Source: Coniocarpon cinnabarinum
Taxonomy: Eukaryota
NCBI GenBank assembly: GCA_051942205.1
Contig: JAVECO010000020.1
Location: forward strand, 124,001-181,798
DNA: 57,798 nt
Direction: 5' to 3'
Part shown: piece by piece, positions 36,043-49,374 of the stretch
Numbering within the stretch: position 1 is the stretch's first letter
Layout: every line of letters begins with the position of its first letter
The notes under the pieces: model-generated
What the model saw: only the letters and a program-made list of their open reading frames with translations
Told to the model about the DNA's origin: nothing
The model's database searches: none
Program-made: the position numbers and the translations under genes

Positions 36043-37271
36043 ATGAACTCCATCCACGCGCGATGGTGGACTTTCTTTCTGACATTCTTCCTTTTCTCTT
36101 CCACGGTCATTTCGTACAGCAAACTCTCAGACGAGAACCTCCTCAGCATTCCTGACGCTGGAGACGACTTTCACATCGAAAGCGGCGCTCTTCTTGCCCC
36201 GATTCTGGTGCCTCGTGTGCCGGGAACACCAGGTTCCGATGCTGTTCTTCAACACCTCGTCGACTTCTTCCGGAATGGCCTCCCATCGTGGCAAATAGAG
36301 TTTCAAAACTCGTCGTCTACAACGCCCACTTCAGGTGGGAAGGAGGTTGCATTCCGTAACCTGGTTGCAGTCCGTGATCCACCAGGCTCTCGATCAGGAC
36401 AAGTCAGTCGACTCACCTTAGTAGCGCACTACGACAGTTTGTCCACTATTGATGGCTTCGTGGGAGCCATTGACAGTGCTGCACCCTGCGCAATGCTCTT
36501 GCACGCCGCTCGGAGCATCGATGGGGCTCTCACGCGGAAGTGGGAAGGAGTAGACCGAGACAACCTGGACGGATTGGACGTGGAGGATTTGAAAGGCATT
36601 CAAATCATTTTCATGGATGGCGAAGAGGCGTTTAAGCATTGGTCAGATACCGATTCCGTCTACGGGGCAAGAGCCATGGCAGAAGAGTGGGAGAACACCT
36701 ACAACCCTCCGGGCTCGACGTTTGCATCGAATTTGTCTACAATAGAAATTTTTGTCCTACTAGATTTATTGGGCGCGTCCAACTCACACATTCCCTCCTA
36801 TTTTCTGCCGACGCATTGGGCTTATCAAGGTATGGCGGAAGCTGAGACGCGTCTCAGAGGCCTGGGTCTATTCAAGTCAAGCCCCAATCATCCCTCTAAA
36901 CTCCCCGCTAAGCGCTCCAAAGAGCCACTTTTCCTCACGGACGCCAAGAAAGAAGCTGGCATGTTCATGGCGAGTCCTATGGGCGATGACCATGTACCCT
37001 TCATGAAACGTGGTGTCCAGATTCTTCATTTGGTGTGTCTTTCAAGCGCTCCGTTGGTGCTTGACCTTTTTGCTGACACTTCTTATAGATACCTTCGCAC
37101 TTTCCACCTGTTTGGCATCAGATCACCGACGATGGCGAGCATTTGGACATGGAGGTTGTTGAAGATTGGACGAAGCTCATTACCGCTTTTGCAGCAGAGT
37201 ACATGGAATTGGATGATTTCATGGATGGTAAAGCTCCCGGACCAAAGCATAGACGTCACACTGAGCTGTGA
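36043..37271 (+). CDS. Glutaminyl-peptide cyclotransferase-like peptidase M28 (intron 37033-37088)
   Basis: Signal peptide; PRVPGTPG, LVAHYDS, GAIDSAAPCA, FMDGEEAF..W, LLDLLG, DDHVPF and the spliced LHL|IPSHFPPVWH...DD. Ends HTEL*. Confidence 0.92.
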
Positions 37272-37661
37272 GTTTGTATTTTCCAGAGCAGCTCTTCCGC
37301 AACACTCACGCAGAACCTGTAGACTCAGTGCGACATAGTCTCGAAACTATTGCGGAAGGCCAAGCGCTAGTGCGGTCTAAAAATGTCAAGGTGATTGGCA
37401 AGCTGTTTCGCTTTCGTCTGGAATGTTGCCCGCCATTGTTCCCATTCACACCCAATGTGGCAAGTTTGGTCGCTCTCTGCACAATACGCAAACGGCTTGC
37501 TTTGTCAATAGCGCAAACGTCAATAGTCTTTGATCAATGCATTGCAATATGGAGAAGACTCTTCACCACAGGCATTTCTTCCCAACTTATCTAGGTTCAC
37601 TGTCTGATCTTCATTTGCTCCATCACCGACACTGCACCAGGGCAACGACTCTTTTCCTGCG

Positions 37662-40441
37662 ATGGCTCCTAAGAAGAAACCAACCGCCAAAACCACCACT
37701 AAGAGAACACAGCCTGCGACCTCCAGCGCAACTGTCCCGCAGCCTGCTAGCGATGCTGCAGATGATGAGCCAACAGCAGCTACAACCCAGACAGTAAGTT
37801 CCAGAATTCCTTTTCCAAATACAAACATAGCATTGCGCCAGCACATTGGTGAGCTTGATGTAAAGGATTTCAAATCGTCTAGGAGATCCAGCGGGCATAG
37901 TAATCTGTCTGCACCCTAGCCGCATGGCCTGGCGCAGCTGGAAGACATCGCGTCATTCGACAAAGGGATCTTGAGCCTGGCACGAAGCACACGTATGGCT
38001 TTTGTAAATTGATTCCACTAACGATAACATGATTAGGGTCGACCTCAGCGGGATCGAAAACCGCCCAGGAAATTTGGCTTTGAGGGCAACGCTCAGTTGC
38101 CTCCTGAGCCACGTCAGGGTCAAGCGCCGAAGTCTGGGCCTACTAAGACTGCCAAAGTTACCAAAGCTACCACGATTAAAAAGAAACCCGGACGCCCGCT
38201 AAAACAGCCATCTGGGCAGCCTTCCCCACCAAAGGCACGAGGTTCTGCAGGACAGGACGATGCCTCGGATGATGAAGAGACCTGGGACGCTGATGACGTA
38301 GCTCCTGAGACGTCCAACCAGCGCGTCAAGGGCAAGGGCCGAGCAACGGCTGATGACGATGTCGAGCGCAGTGGCGGGATCCAAGCAGGTCCTGAGACGT
38401 CCAACCAGCGTGTCAAGGGCAATGGCCGAGCAACGGCTGATGATGATGCCGAGCGCAGTGGCGAGATACAAGCGGCTGCACCTACCCAGGAGAGGTCGGC
38501 AAGTTCTCTACGCTCTCCTCAACCCCAACAAGAACAAGGTCAGCCTCGATCAGGAAGTGCAAGGTCATCGCGACAGCCGCCAGGCCAGGCTCGGCCGGAA
38601 CTTTCAGAGTCAACACGACAGCCATCGAGGCAGGCGCGGTCAGGAAGTGCTAGATCATCAGCACAGCGAGCAAATGCGTCGTCAAAGGAACCATCTGAGC
38701 CGCCTATTCCAGCCGCAGGCCGAGCACGCAAGCGTGGCGCATCACATCAGCAGCAGCAGGAGGACAACGGCAGCTCTGATCATGACGCACCCACAGCATC
38801 AAAACGCCGCAAAGTTCGACCAGATCGCTCTGCCCCACGAACTAGTCCCGGTGCCAGTGACGTGGACGACTACGATTCGGAAGAACTTGACGAGCCGATC
38901 ACGCACTGGCGCCACATGCCGGATCCCAATGTGAGTCTTATCCTCCCAGAGTCTCACACGGTGATACTAACCAACGTCAGGCACCATTCGAACCGCGCCT
39001 CAAGCCCGTCAAAGAGAGCAGGTATACGGAAAAGGACGGCTCGCGTCTTCCAGATATCAATGGACTGCGTCGTCCAGGCAGTCCGGGAGGAATCGAAGCT
39101 CAGCGTCGATCATTCTTCGTGGCGTGCGCTTCCTACTTGGATCCAGCGCAAACCGAAACTTGGAAAGCAAGTAATGGAGAACAGGAAACAAATAGTCGAA
39201 GACAGAAAACATTCGGCAGAGAACCTCCCCGTTGGGAGCCCAAACTCGTCCATCTGGGGGCCATCGATCCCAAGTTCCACAGCTTGTGGGCCTTCCAATT
39301 CCCTCGTCGCATCCCGCAAAAGCCTCCCAACCGCAATCGCATCCCTGCGGGCAGCAGCGAGGACATCCATGCCCAGCGCCGGACCAACGCCGTCACCGAC
39401 AACCGCGACTATGACGGCGAGGAGTTGCCCGCCTCAATGGAGGGACTCCATCGATTCGTGTTTTCTTTGACTCCCAATCACGATACCATCGACGACATGA
39501 CGGCCCCTTTTGTCTCCCCTCGACCATCACCTCGCGTCGAATCCCCTGAACCGATCCCCAGTACTTCGCCAGAAGACGCGCCTCCGCCCGACTTCAACAA
39601 TCCGGAAGAGGATATTGGCAGCCCCGACTACGGGCCAAGCTCGAGGCAGACCCCACCGGAAGAACGAGGCCGCACACTAGCGAGTATCGAGGTGCCCTTT
39701 CCCGGGCCGCAAGGGGCAGAGGTCCGGCCCGTAGTGGTGCAGCCTGTAATCACAGGCTTGCAGCCCACACACTCCGGCATCTCGCGAGCAGAGCCAGCAG
39801 AGCCTGAAGGAGAAGAGGAAGAAGAAGAACCCTACACAACCCCACCGAATCCACCATCCTACAGCGTTGGATCCACGGACTATTCCGGCTACTCCACTAA
39901 CGATTCAAGGAGATGGCGGGGTAGACCTAGACTCCGTCCCATGTCGCCGGAGCGAGATGCGCAACCTCGACTTGCTTCCGGAATTAGACCATCGCGGGTT
40001 CTGGCGCAGTGGGGAGCCACAATGCAGGGCACGGCGCAGGCGGCTTTGGACGAGTATGCGAGACGTCCCGACGCGACGCCGAGAGTGACGGCCACAGCGA
40101 ACGAAAGACCGTCACCGAGAGTTGCAGAAGCGGCGACGAGGGCATCACCAGAAGCGCCGACGTGGGTACCAGCAGGGGTCTCACCAAGAGCGCCGACATG
40201 GAGAACAGCAGGGGGATCAGGATGGGGATCAGCAAGGGCACCGAGGAGAACCCCCCGATGGACGTTGATGGAATCGCCGGCAAGGGCATCGGGAAGGGCG
40301 TCAGCGACGAGGGCGTCGGCAAGGCAGTCAGAAAGGGTTTCAGACAGGGCGTCGGCACCGCCACCGGAAGAAGACCTCACTGAGAAGAATGACCGTGCCA
40401 GGCGTGAGAGTGAAGAGAGGTCGCTACAAAGGGATTTCTGA
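37662..40441 (+). CDS. Large low-complexity, probably disordered hypothetical protein (several introns; 5' exon structure uncertain)
   Basis: MAPKKK start; donor at 37794. Intron 38931-38980 joins ORF 38097.. to ORF ..40441 in frame. AT-hook-like KKKPGRP, NLS-like KRRK, and S/P/R/E-rich composition. Confidence 0.65.
38304..38475 (+). repeat. 87-bp (29-aa) near-perfect coding tandem duplication
   Basis: Copies start at 38304 and 38391: PETSNQRVKGKGRATADDDVERSGGIQA / PETSNQRVKGNGRATADDDAERSGEIQA. Confidence 0.95.
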
Positions 40442-40926
40442 TCGAAGACGAGAAGTGCGTGATGAGAAGGGTGTGAGGATTATTTCCCTTATCAAGGTAT
40501 CATGTTGTAATACTGCTTTCCCAGCTTGTGTCGTTGCAATTTCTATTATGGGTTCAGAAAACGACAATGTCTTTGAGAGTGTTCTATGCATTACGACTAC
40601 TCACACACTACAGTCCTCAAACGACTGATCCATGCCTGGAGCCGTGATCCCCAGGCCCAATGACCACCACATGCACTACGGTACGCCCACGCATGCAGCC
40701 CAAGAATATGATACAAAGCCACCCGCTTTTAAAACCCCGCAGCAGCTCACTCCGCCTCGCTTTCTTCAGAAGTATCCTCCGACTCATCAGGATCAACGGA
40801 TGCACGAGTGCCGCCTTCGTTTCTTGGAAACATGTGTTCAATGGCCTCCATTATCGACGGTCCAGACCGCCACTCGTGGCGCCTGTACATTTCCCTCATC
40901 ATCCACATGGGGAGCCGACCAGCGCG

Positions 40927-43900
40927 CTACGCGTCCTCGCCGTCACTCTCGTACGTGAATTCAGCGGGGCATTCAGCCTCCTCGACGCCTTCTTCGTCTT
41001 CGTCCACAGCGTTCAAGACGGCCGCGGCGTCCGCTTGCGTGTTTTGTGTCTGAGGTTGTTGAGGCGTGGATGGGTCAGCGTTAGGTGCGGCGACGGTGCT
41101 TCGCGGTTGTGCAGGTGCTGGTTTCTTGACTTGGCGTTCGATGAGAACTTTGGATTCGTCGGGCTGAGTGTCGTGCAGGACGATGACGCCAACGCCAGAG
41201 GGCTGTGATGTTATGTCAGCTTTGCGTACTTGCAGTAAGGGATAATGGTAAGAACACACCTTTTTGACAGGGACGTATCGTCCGCCCTCGACGAAACTCG
41301 TATACTTCAATTGTGAAGGCAGTACCCGACTCATATTGTCCAGCTCGAATCCAACCTTCTCCTTTTCACGCTTGGTCTTCTTCCCAGCGGCCTCTTCTTT
41401 CTTCTCAGACGGCTCATCAACGTCCATCTTTTCGTTCTCGTCCTTGGACTGGTCTGTTGCTGAGTCCGCTTTCTTTTCAGCGGTGTCATCGTCCACCTCC
41501 ATTGCATCATCCGATCCACGTGCTTGACGCTCTTTAGCTTCCTTTCTTCGCTGGGCCTGTGCTGTGGTACTGAGAACAGCTGCTTTGACTCGCTCGGGCT
41601 CTTCGTCCTTCTTGACTTCCATGCTTGGTGGATACTCAAAAGTGCTTGGTCGGGCGTTGCAATAGAGCTTGAGCTGGGGCACATCAAGATCTTGATCCAC
41701 TCCAGTGATTGATGTGGGCGTGAGTGCGAGTGTCAGGAAGTGTGTGAACGGAAACCAATACCAATACTGAGTGAAAACTGCCATCCCGACAATCGCACTC
41801 ATATTAAGGTTGCCCGTTTGTGTTTGCAAGCCGATCGTGCAGTTTCTGCCCCCAGCGTCAATGATGCCGATGGCAAGTGCTGCGCCAAATTTGGCCATGG
41901 CATCCTCGTGACGATCGGTGACGACCTTTTGTAGATGCTTCCGAATCGTGACGACCTTTGGATTCATGGCTTCGGATTGTTGCATCATGATCATGGCCAA
42001 CGCAATCAGTGTACCTTGCCGCACGAAATCCGTCGAATCCTTCATCATCGGCTCTAGCAAGTCGATGGCCTCTTCCAGCCCGGTGCCAGCACAAGCGATT
42101 CCAAGCGCCATGGTGGCACCGTACCGCACATGAGGGTTGTATGATTCCGCGAGCAGCTCGACCATCCTTGGGACAGATGACGGCTTCCTGAACAACACGA
42201 AACCCAACGACATCACTGCCATTCGTCGGACATCATCATTGACATCCGAGACGGCCAAATGTAATAATCGACGCACTGCCTTGTTGGATGAAGTGCCGCA
42301 ATACGCCAAGGCCAGTGCCATAACACCACCATAGCGAATCGTAGGATTTGGATCGTCGAGCATGCCATTGATCAACACGTCGGCGGCCTCTTGTCGGTTG
42401 TACATGATCAAAGCCAGCCCCAAGGCCGTCCCACGAACGGTCTTGTCGTGGTCCGTATCGTGTGCATACGTCATGAGATCCTTCACGGCGTCGACATTCC
42501 CTGAGCCGATCAGAACCAGCCCAATGGAAAGACCTGCTGCTTGGCCTGAAATGGCTGACTCCTGCCATAGCGCTGATTTGAGCTCTTCGACAATGTGTGG
42601 AGCCTCGGTGGCCATGCCCGCCACTCCCAAGCCAAGAGCCGCGCCGTGCTGGATGACCTCTTCGCTCGATGCCTTCTTTAATTGATCGAAGAGGTACTCC
42701 GTCACATGTTTCCCGTGATTCGTGTAGATCAGACCAAGCCCGTACAGCGCGCCACCCTTGCTATATGCGGAGCCACTTCCCTGCTGTGAGTCTTTCAGGT
42801 AAGGCTCTAGTAATTTCCTGCCTTGCCCGATAATGCCTCGGTGAATAACGCCCAAAGAAGCTGTCACAGAGAACTTAGACCAGTTCACTGCCTTGTGCAG
42901 CCAATCAAGATTCTCTCGAATGAACCAATCGCTCGTTGTTCCGGAATTTGTAAAGGCGTTAGCGAAACAGACAGCGTTATGAAAGATAGAATTGCGGGAT
43001 TCCAGGCTGTTTTTTAGCTTGGTAAGGACCTGACGATCGCTCTTGTTGGCCCGATACAGAAATTCGAGGTTCAGTTCCAAGCTCTTTGTGCCGGTCAAGA
43101 TTTCCGAGATGGCATTGTAAGCTTTTCGTTGCTCATCAGGCAATTGTGAAGCTTTTGTTCTTGATGGCAGAGTCGAGGCCGCGTTACCAGATGAGCTGTC
43201 TTGCTCTGATAGCAGTGCAGTGCTCTCGTTCGCGGTCTCTGCAGACTCATGACTAGGCTGTGTAGCTGTTCCGTTCATACCACTGAACTCAGACTTTTCT
43301 TCCTCAGTTCGTGGTAGCTCGTTAATGACTTTGGTGAGAAACTCTTGGGTGCCGTTGTCAAAGAGATCAAACGATATTTGGTATGCTATGGCGCGAGACC
43401 TTGCATCGCCTGTCTCAACCAGACGCCGTAAGAGGTCTGCTGCCTGTGAGTGTTGCCCGAGGTAGACTATACACTTCGCAATCGAGAAATAGTCCGGAGA
43501 CGCGACTTTGTCTGACGCCAGTAGATGCAGGATGAGCTCGAGAATCTCTGTTCTCAGCCCTCGCTCTTGAACAATATTCATGCAGACGTCCAGGAGATAG
43601 TCCATAAGCTCTTCGCCACGGCTGATTTGAGGTTTGCTTTTGCCTTTAGCACCTCCGTCAGAGCTCGCGCGTTCAATAGTATCCCGCAATACGTCCAGAT
43701 TTTTTGCTTCGACCGCAATGCCAAGCACCTGACGGTAAGCGCCTTCTTGAAAACCCCGCTCAAATAAGCGTCTGATTATGGCCTGGAGACTCTTTTTGGT
43801 CGCTGGTGGGAGTCTGCGCACTGCCGTTTGTTCACCATCGGAAGCAATGCCAACATCTGTTACACCTTCCTCAAGTGCAGAGGAGTCTTGGCGTGATAGT

Positions 43901-44465
43901 AGAGACCTTGATGGGAGAGCTGACTGGGAGAAGGGCGTAACAGGAGAAGTCATGCTGGCAGATGTGCTCGCAGCACCTTTCGATTGAGAGAAAGATGAAT
44001 CGAGATCGGGAGGAATGTCTCTTGACTCCGACGCCGTCCGCGTTCTGGTCTGGTCTGCAATGTAGGCATCAATGCAACGAGCGATGATCGTTTCTTCGAA
44101 TTCGCCGCTGCGGTCGATGTCAAACAATTTGCCAGCGCCAAGAGCGAAGATCATGCTCTCATCGTATTCTTGTAGATGGTAGTATATCTTTGCGGCAACT
44201 AGAGCTGCCAGTTCTCGCTCCGGAAATGATTCGTCTTCATACAGCCCTTCTCTGTTCCAACCTAGTTAGTTGATCTGATCCGAGACGCAAGGTTTGCAAG
44301 TTCGATCTCTGTTCCATATACTTACATTTGTGATACTGCTGCGGCGAACTCGGTCCACATGGAGTCGATGTTGTCATTTGCAGAGCGCAGTGCAAAGATT
44401 TGAAGCTGAGGATCTGGCTCTGAAAGAAAGCCGACAAGGCCCGCTGCGGACAAGAAGCCGACCAT
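40927..44465 (-). CDS. RPN2: 26S proteasome regulatory subunit Rpn2 (introns 44325-44252, 41259-41203)
   Basis: MVGFLSAAGLVGFLSEPD N terminus, ENLDWL.KAVNWSKF, PC repeats, LLAESYNPHVRYG, DAGGRN, FTQYWYWFP and NMSRVLP.Q. Confidence 0.97.
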
Positions 44466-45169
44466 GTTGGCTGACAGGGAGTGGCGAAAATGCTAGAAAG
44501 GCTTGAGGAGTTCAATGATTCGGTCGAAGAATAGTCAAAGCAAATGTCCGATGATGTCGAGAAAAAAGGCAGCTGGCGACGATTACGAGAACGCGCCGCT
44601 CCGTGCGGCCGTCTCCTCTAGAGAGTGTGCCGAACCGGCTTCGATGCAATTGAGAAGCTCCCTAAGAAAGAGGGTAAGGCCGGATGTCGAAGAGCGTGAT
44701 AAAGAGCCGGTGGGCCGATGGGAAGCAAAGGATTGGATGAAGAAAGATGCTCTCGCAGCAGGCAGTTGACAGGTGACGATGCGTTGGCTCCGAGAGATGA
44801 TACCTACTATCGTTCACGCGATTTCAGGAATTCTGCCTCGTTTCCAAGGTTTACCAACCCTGCCTTTCTGGGCCGGGTGAGCCGTAGAGCTCACCGTAGG
44901 TAGGCAAGGTGTAATCAGAGCTGTGGTCGGGACGTTGGGTTATTGAGTTGACTGAAGGCCATATACCTATTCTTCTCGTCGTCCGCGCCATCGCATCCAC
45001 AGCAGTCCAGATTGTTGCGAGAAGTTAAGTTGTGCCGATATGACTTAGACAGACATCTGAACGACACCCATCCACTTCTGTCAGAGGTATTGTTCGAAAG
45101 GGCCACGTCTTCCCTGGTGTTCGTCTTCAAGATTAGGCTTCTGCGCAATGACTGCAGACCGTCGACGAG

Positions 45170-47501
45170 ATGGACATCAAGAACTTGCTCAACGACGACA
45201 AGACGACGCGCGATAATGCGCCACCACAACCGGCAAAACGTCCGCCACCACCGCCATTGACTACCTCACGCTCCACCTCCTCCTACGCTCCTTCACCTCA
45301 CAGCAACACCTTTGACAGTCCGCAACGAAGCTCGCATCCGCCAATCGGCCAGAGCCCTGGGCCTTACCCTCCTCATTCCGCCCAATCTTTCACTTCAACG
45401 CCTTTTCCTCCAACGATCCCTGCAAGTTACCAATCGCCCTACCAAAGATCAATCCCAGATCCCACACCTGTTCCCCGGTCTGGGTCTGCATCTGCGTCGA
45501 ACAGCTATTTTGCGCCTGGACAACGCCCGGCATCACATCATTCTTTGCATCGCAGCAGCACCTCGCCTCTCGACTCGGTAAGCACACGCGACTCAGTGGA
45601 TCACAATTCAACGCTTGAAAGGTGCATCTAACATCCGTATCCCAGATGTCCCTTTTTCAGGGCAGCCCTCAGCTTAGCCGTACAGCTCAAACGCCATTGG
45701 CGCCATTTCCTCAACAACAAATCCACCCTCAGACTCCCCTGGGACCGCCTCCCTTTGTCAGACATGACTCAATTCAGCCACACGACTCGCCCGCATACCA
45801 ATATCAAAGACAAAGAAGTTCTTCCGGGACTTCTTACGCATCACCAAGCGCTCCAGCACGCGCACAGCGACCGCTGTCGAGACCAGGCATAGTCCATGCA
45901 GAGCCTCATCGCCGAGAAAGTCTGCCCATTTTTTCAGTCCCACGCGTGCGTGGAGATAGTGTCAGCGTCAGCCCAAGGACTGTACCTTCTACTCTCCAGA
46001 GTCAATCTTCCCGACAATCGGACAATAATACTTACAAATCGCTTCCGAACACAATGGCGAGACCTTCACTAGAAGACAATGCAGCTGTGCCCATAGATGG
46101 CACTGGGGTTGAAGCATATCAGCACGTGCAACACCCCCAATCTCGTCACGCATCTCCACCGGTCCCACACGGCATCAAGCGTGCTGCGGACGTCGACAAT
46201 AGTGCTTGCGATCATGAACCCAAGCGGCCGAAGACAACACAGGCTCCGCCAATCTGGGCGCAAGTGAAGCGTGGACTGCCACCAATGAAGAAGAGGTCTC
46301 AACTTCAACCGAATGGTTACAAGTCTCGGCAGATCAAACCATCGCAAGCTTCAACGGAGTCACAACCTGCGCCAGTGCCACACAAACAACCGCGTGCGCA
46401 AGTTTCATATAACTCGATACTTGACGACTCGTACGAACGCTCACTTCGTGACGTTGTACCCACTGAAGATCTTAATTACCAGATTGCGGACTTTATATAC
46501 AGACGGGTCGTCCAGGCAAATCCCGGCTTGCCGCTGGAGATCGAAGCCAAAGTTGGCCGTATTGTAGAAAAGGTAAGTTCATAATTCCCCTACGAGTGAA
46601 GAAAAATAGCGCACCTCTGCGAGCATGGCCAGTTAGATCATTAACTGGTTCACGTCACAGGGCTCCAATGAGCGTCTGCGTCTCCCACTGCAAAATGAGG
46701 TTATTCTCGGTCCAGAATACAACATTGCGTTTGAAAGTCAGATGACAGAGGCCAACCACAAATTTATGAATGAGTACCTGAACGAATCGGTCCTTCTTTC
46801 ACACAAGCCGCGCACTTCAGATGGGAAGCCCCGCATCAATATACAATACATACATCATCGCGAAGCTGATGCTTTTTACGACTTACCGCCCGCTGAGATC
46901 AGCAAACTTGATCCCATGGTAAGTCTTCGCCGTTCTTGATTTACTAGCGTCACGTGATTATGATGATTTGGAGATTCTGTCGGTCGTCGTTGATAAATTC
47001 ATGTAGGTCACTCAATTCCTACAATCTAGCGCACGGTCATCGCATAATCCGAAAATTCGAGTCACGCGAGACCTAAGGACGGGAGAAGTCATTGCCAAGG
47101 TCATAAAAGCTCGTATAGACGATCGCAATGTTTTTTGTCCAAATTGGCAATTCGACTGGCGCGTGTCGGTCAGTGTCGAATTTCCCTGGGATGGTAGTGT
47201 TGAAGCCCTTGAAGAGTACGCCGCCTCGCAAAAGGCTCGTCGTGGACCCAGTCGAAATAAGGATCGACTAAGCTATACACATCAATTCTGCCGCATCGAC
47301 CTTACTCAGGTTAAGGTGGGCGTCCAAGCTGGAGGCGGTTTTGACAGCATCAGCCATGAGCTTGAAGTCGAAATGGATGTCCCAACTGTACGAAATGAAG
47401 GCCAATTAGTGGGCCGTGGGCAGCCTAACCACTACAGCGAATATGTCAAAGTCTTTGTTGACAATGTTCGACTGTTGGCCAAGAACATGCCTCGAGGTTG
47501 A
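45170..47501 (+). CDS. CET1: mRNA capping enzyme beta subunit / RNA 5'-triphosphatase (introns 45578-45645, 46573-46660, 46919-47006)
   Basis: PPIWAQ guanylyltransferase-binding motif, motif A LEIEAKVG, FESQMT..HK.MN.YLN, IRVT, DWRVS, RNKDRLSY, DLTQV and motif C HELEVE. Confidence 0.94.
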
Positions 47502-47895
47502 ATTGGCGAGGACAAGTTTCAAGATTGAGCAAGCACAAGCACAAGCACGTCCAAACTTAGAGGATGTGCTTGATGGGATGAAGTGATTTGGGAATAAAAG
47601 TGACGTTTACGGAATATGTTTTGATGATACCCCAGGGTTGGTCTCGGTGCTCACAGCATTTGTATTACTACTGAAACACGTCCTGAGCTGTTTACGTCTA
47701 GTTGGTTTCTCGAGCTTCTTGTGTATGCTGGCTTCTAGATTCGTTGTTTTTGCGTCTCTGATCGAGAGCGCAGCCACACAGCCGTCTACATTGGAACGCA
47801 CTTTGAGAACCCTGCCAAGATCATCCGCAGCGAACGTTCAATAGACAGGACCGCGGGACCGTAGAACGTCCACCGTTTGTCCAAAGTGCGCATAC

Positions 47896-49374
47896 ATGTC
47901 CTTTGTACAAGTCATTATTCATGCAAGCAAACTGTGTGGACCTTGCTTGAAAAACATCCTCCGCCAGCAACGTCAACGCCTTGCATATAGTACCGCTTCT
48001 TCCGCGGGATGTTCAAAAGCATTCCTGTCTGAGAAAACCTACTTCTGGGACAATAAGGTTCGACTCGCTCATGGAACCCGTCGACGGGAATGGCAGGCCG
48101 AGGACCAGAGTGCGAAAGCACGCGAAGTAACTGTAGAAAGAGATTGGCGGCCGGCGATACCTGACACAGAGGACCTTGTAGATCAGGAGCCTCGAGAAGC
48201 TGATATATTGCCTCACAGACGGCGCAAAAGGCGAAAGTCGCTTTTGAGAAATGGAGACTCAGTGGAGGAAGAGAAGCCCTTACCGCCTGATTCTTCTTCG
48301 CAGCTGTCAGATTTGTCTGCTCGATCGCCGACCAACACTCTACGCCAACGAGCGTTGGCGTATCTAGCTCTTTCTAAGCCTCGACTCACCTTCTTGATCG
48401 TCCTAACAACAACCGCATCATATTCTCTCTTTCCAGTAGCCGTGTCGCCGCTGGCTTCATCCGTGGATCTTTCCCCATGGACGCTTTTGACACTCATGAC
48501 TGGCACGGCTTTGGCCAGCGCAAGTGCAAATGCTTTCAACATGCTCTTGGAGCCATCATATGACGCGCAGATGACGCGTACCAGGACAAGACCATTGGTC
48601 AACGGCCTCTTGACATCGAGAGCAGCCGGCATATTCGCCGCAGCAAGCGGGGTGGCCGGAGTTGCGTTGCTCAACTATGGTGTCAACCCCACGACGGCCT
48701 TCCTGGGGGCTGCGAACATCTTCATTTATGCTGGAATCTATACTCCACTCAAGAGATTGTCAGTGTGGAACACATGGGCTGGAGCGGTCGTTGGTGGTAT
48801 TCCACCTCTAATGGGTTGGGCGGCAGCAGCAGGACAGGCGATACCGCACTCGGACCTTTGCTGGCACGACTTGCTTTTTCCTGCAGATGGGAGTAGCGTT
48901 GGTGGCTGGTTACTGGCGGCGCTCCTCTTTGCCTGGCAGTTTCCACACTTTTGGGCCCTCGCCTATCCCATTCGAAGCGAATACGCAGCTGCGGGCTACA
49001 GAATGCTTGTTTCCTACGACGTTCGCAAAACGGCACGAATAGCCATGAGGTACAGTGTAGCTATGTTTCCCATATGTGTTGGCTTGAGCTACACAGGAGT
49101 CACTAATTGGGCTTTTGTGCCGGCAAGCAGCGTTGTGAATACCTGGTTAGTTCGAGAGTCATGGCGATATCTACGATTTGAAGGAGCAAAAGGGAGTGCG
49201 AGAGGCTTGTTCTGGGCAAGCGTTTGGCATTTGCCTGTGATTTTAGTCCTTGCGATGATTCTGAAAAAGGGTCTGTGGGAGCGCTTCGTTCAGGGCGGAC
49301 TGAATGAGGAAGAGCTCAGAGCCTGGCAAGTTGTTGAGGAGGAGCATCACGATGACGAGGAAAGTGAAGTGTGA
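47896..49374 (+). CDS. COX10: Protoheme IX farnesyltransferase (heme O synthase), mitochondrial
   Basis: LSKPRLT, NM..EP.YDAQMTRTRTRPLV, YTPLKR, NTWAGAVVGGIPPLMGW, WQFPHF and ARGLFWASVWHLP. Confidence 0.96.
   Translation: MSFVQVIIHASKLCGPCLKNILRQQRQRLAYSTASSAGCSKAFLSEKTYFWDNKVRLAHGTRRREWQAEDQSAKAREVTVERDWRPAIPDTEDLVDQEPREADILPHRRRKRRKSLLRNGDSVEEEKPLPPDSSSQLSDLSARSPTNTLRQRALAYLALSKPRLTFLIVLTTTASYSLFPVAVSPLASSVDLSPWTLLTLMTGTALASASANAFNMLLEPSYDAQMTRTRTRPLVNGLLTSRAAGIFAAASGVAGVALLNYGVNPTTAFLGAANIFIYAGIYTPLKRLSVWNTWAGAVVGGIPPLMGWAAAAGQAIPHSDLCWHDLLFPADGSSVGGWLLAALLFAWQFPHFWALAYPIRSEYAAAGYRMLVSYDVRKTARIAMRYSVAMFPICVGLSYTGVTNWAFVPASSVVNTWLVRESWRYLRFEGAKGSARGLFWASVWHLPVILVLAMILKKGLWERFVQGGLNEEELRAWQVVEEEHHDDEESEV

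Noticed and set aside
37033..37338. ORF-track C terminus of the 439-aa M28 protein
   Set aside because: Read-through of intron 37033-37088; splicing restores the conserved IP..FP.VWH..DD motif.
44480..44490. PACE/Rpn4-like AGTGGCGAAA next to RPN2
   Set aside because: Imperfect match only ~15 nt from the ATG (within the 5' UTR); cannot be distinguished from chance.
47527..47548. (AAGCAC)n short repeat after CET1
   Set aside because: About three units in a 3' UTR; ordinary microsatellite.
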